Sequence record: EF517083.1
Length of the DNA stretch: 526 nt
Origin: a phage
Direction: 5' to 3' (one strand)
Shown here one piece after another: positions 1 to 526 of this stretch. Below the pieces are notes generated by a model that had not been told where the DNA came from, made no database searches, and saw nothing but the letters and a program-made list of their open reading frames with translations. How positions within the stretch are numbered: position 1 is the first letter of the stretch; each line of letters starts with the position of its first letter. The position numbers and the translations under genes are program-made.

Positions 1-1
1 G

Positions 2-238
2 GAAGGGGCTCATCCGGTTAAACAGGTTGCTGGCGGTCTAGCTGGTCTGGCTGGTGGTACTGATGAAGCACAGATGGTGGTAGTACCACAAGCTGCCGCA
101 CAGATTGTTGACGTACCTGAGAAAGAGGTTTCCACTGAGGACGAAGCACAGACAGAAAGCGGACGCAAGAAAGCTCGTGCTGGCGGTAAGAAATTCTTGA
201 GTGTAACCCGTAGCTCCGGTGACGGTATCAACATTTAA
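2..238 (+). CDS. 3' end of a small phage protein gene (5'-partial). Gly/Ala-rich linker, acidic middle, basic C-terminal tail. Possibly a T7-group gene 7.3-like small tail/virion protein; identity not verified.
   Basis: Frame 2 is open from the window edge to TAA at 236-238 (79 codons, no stops). Translation: EGAHPVKQVAGGLAGLAGGTDEAQMVVVPQAAAQIVDVPEKEVSTEDEAQTESGRKKARAGGKKFLSVTRSSGDGINI*. The opposite-strand ORF 10..234 is Cys/Ala/Ser/Thr/Pro-rich and looks like an antisense shadow. The product name rests on recollection of T7 gene order (7.3 followed by HNH-like 7.7), not on a search. Confidence 0.7.
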   Translation, partial: EGAHPVKQVAGGLAGLAGGTDEAQMVVVPQAAAQIVDVPEKEVSTEDEAQTESGRKKARAGGKKFLSVTRSSGDGINI

Positions 239-240
239 TC

Positions 241-247
241 AGGAGGT
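241..247 (+). promoter_or_regulatory. Shine-Dalgarno sequence (AGGAGGT) for the downstream HNH endonuclease ORF
   Basis: AGGAGGT at 241-247 is a near-perfect complement to the 16S rRNA 3' end. It sits 4-5 nt upstream of GTG at 252 and 2 nt after the upstream TAA stop, an arrangement typical of coupled phage genes. Confidence 0.6.
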
Positions 248-251
248 TATC

Positions 252-526
252 GTGGAAAACTGCATTGAATGGACCGGAGGTGTCAACTCTAAGGGTTATG
301 GTCGTAAGTGAGTTAATGGTAAACTTGTGACTCCACATAGGCACATCTATGAGGAGACATATGGTCCAGTTCCAACAGGAATTGTGGTGATGCATATCTG
401 CGATAACCCTAGGTGCTATAACATAAAGCACCTTACGCTTGGAACTCCAAAGGATAATTCCAAGGACATGGTTACCAAAGGTAGACAGGCTAAAAGAGAG
501 GAACTAAGCAAGAAACTTATAGAATC
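252..526 (+). CDS. HNH_3-family homing-endonuclease-like gene (T7 gene 7.7-like?), 3'-partial, interrupted by an in-frame TGA at 309-311. Either a disrupted gene or one needing UGA readthrough.
   Basis: Frame 3 from GTG 252 gives VENCIEWTGGVNSKGYGRK-[TGA]-VNGKLVTPHRHIYEETYGPVPTGIVVMHICDNPRCYNIKHLTLGTPKDNSKDMVTKGRQAKREELSKKLIE, running off the window. This matches the HNH_3 signature: C-x-EW-x-G, GYGR, HR-x-x-YE, G-x-(I/V)P-x-G, H-x-CDN-x-x-C-x-N, HL-x-x-GT-x-x-N-x-x-D. The match spans both sides of the TGA in one frame. Possible downstream restart codons are GTG 327 and ATG 390, both in frame. Confidence 0.6.

Noticed and set aside
10-234. Minus-strand ORF of 74 aa from the supplied track
   Set aside because: It lies entirely antisense to the well-supported + strand frame-2 coding region. 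Its product is low-complexity (Cys/Ala/Ser/Thr/Pro-rich) and has no recognisable motif or upstream Shine-Dalgarno sequence. It is most likely an antisense shadow ORF.
219-254. Alternative upstream start (GTG 219-221) for the HNH frame, overlapping the upstream gene
   Set aside because: It is in frame after the TGA at 198-200, but it has no Shine-Dalgarno sequence and would add an unconserved N-terminal extension. GTG 252 sits just downstream of AGGAGGT and is close to where the conserved C-x-EW motif begins.
300-320. Programmed frameshift as an explanation for the interrupted HNH frame
   Set aside because: The family-conserved residues continue in the same frame on both sides of the TGA, and there is no slippery heptamer around it. 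A single stop codon substitution explains it better than a frame change.
228-431. Minus-strand ORF of 67 aa from the supplied track
   Set aside because: It is antisense to the HNH endonuclease frame, whose translation matches a conserved domain signature. It has no motif or ribosome-binding support and looks like a shadow ORF.
1-526. T7/T3-type phage promoter, sigma70 promoter, RNase III site or rho-independent terminator in the intergenic gap
   Set aside because: I found no match to the T7-type promoter core (..CACTATAGG..) or T3-type core (..CCCTCACTAAAGG..). The intergenic spacer is only 13 nt and is filled by the Shine-Dalgarno sequence. TTGAGT at 196-201 has no properly spaced -10 element. 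I saw no GC-rich hairpin followed by a T-tract.

Overview
This 526-bp window reads as a tightly packed phage gene junction, probably from a T7-group podovirus (assignment from memory, not a search). On the + strand, the 3' end of a small protein gene (frame 2, stop TAA 236-238) is followed 13 nt later by a Shine-Dalgarno sequence and GTG start for an HNH_3-type homing-endonuclease-like gene, which runs off the 3' edge. The most notable feature is an in-frame TGA at 309-311 inside the endonuclease frame, at the position where this family normally has a conserved Trp (TGG). The homology pattern continues uninterrupted in the same frame after it. This could be a recent nonsense mutation, a sequencing error, or leaky or recoded UGA decoded as Trp; the window alone cannot distinguish these. 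Both minus-strand ORFs in the supplied track look like antisense artefacts. I found no RNA genes, CRISPR repeats, phage promoters or terminators.
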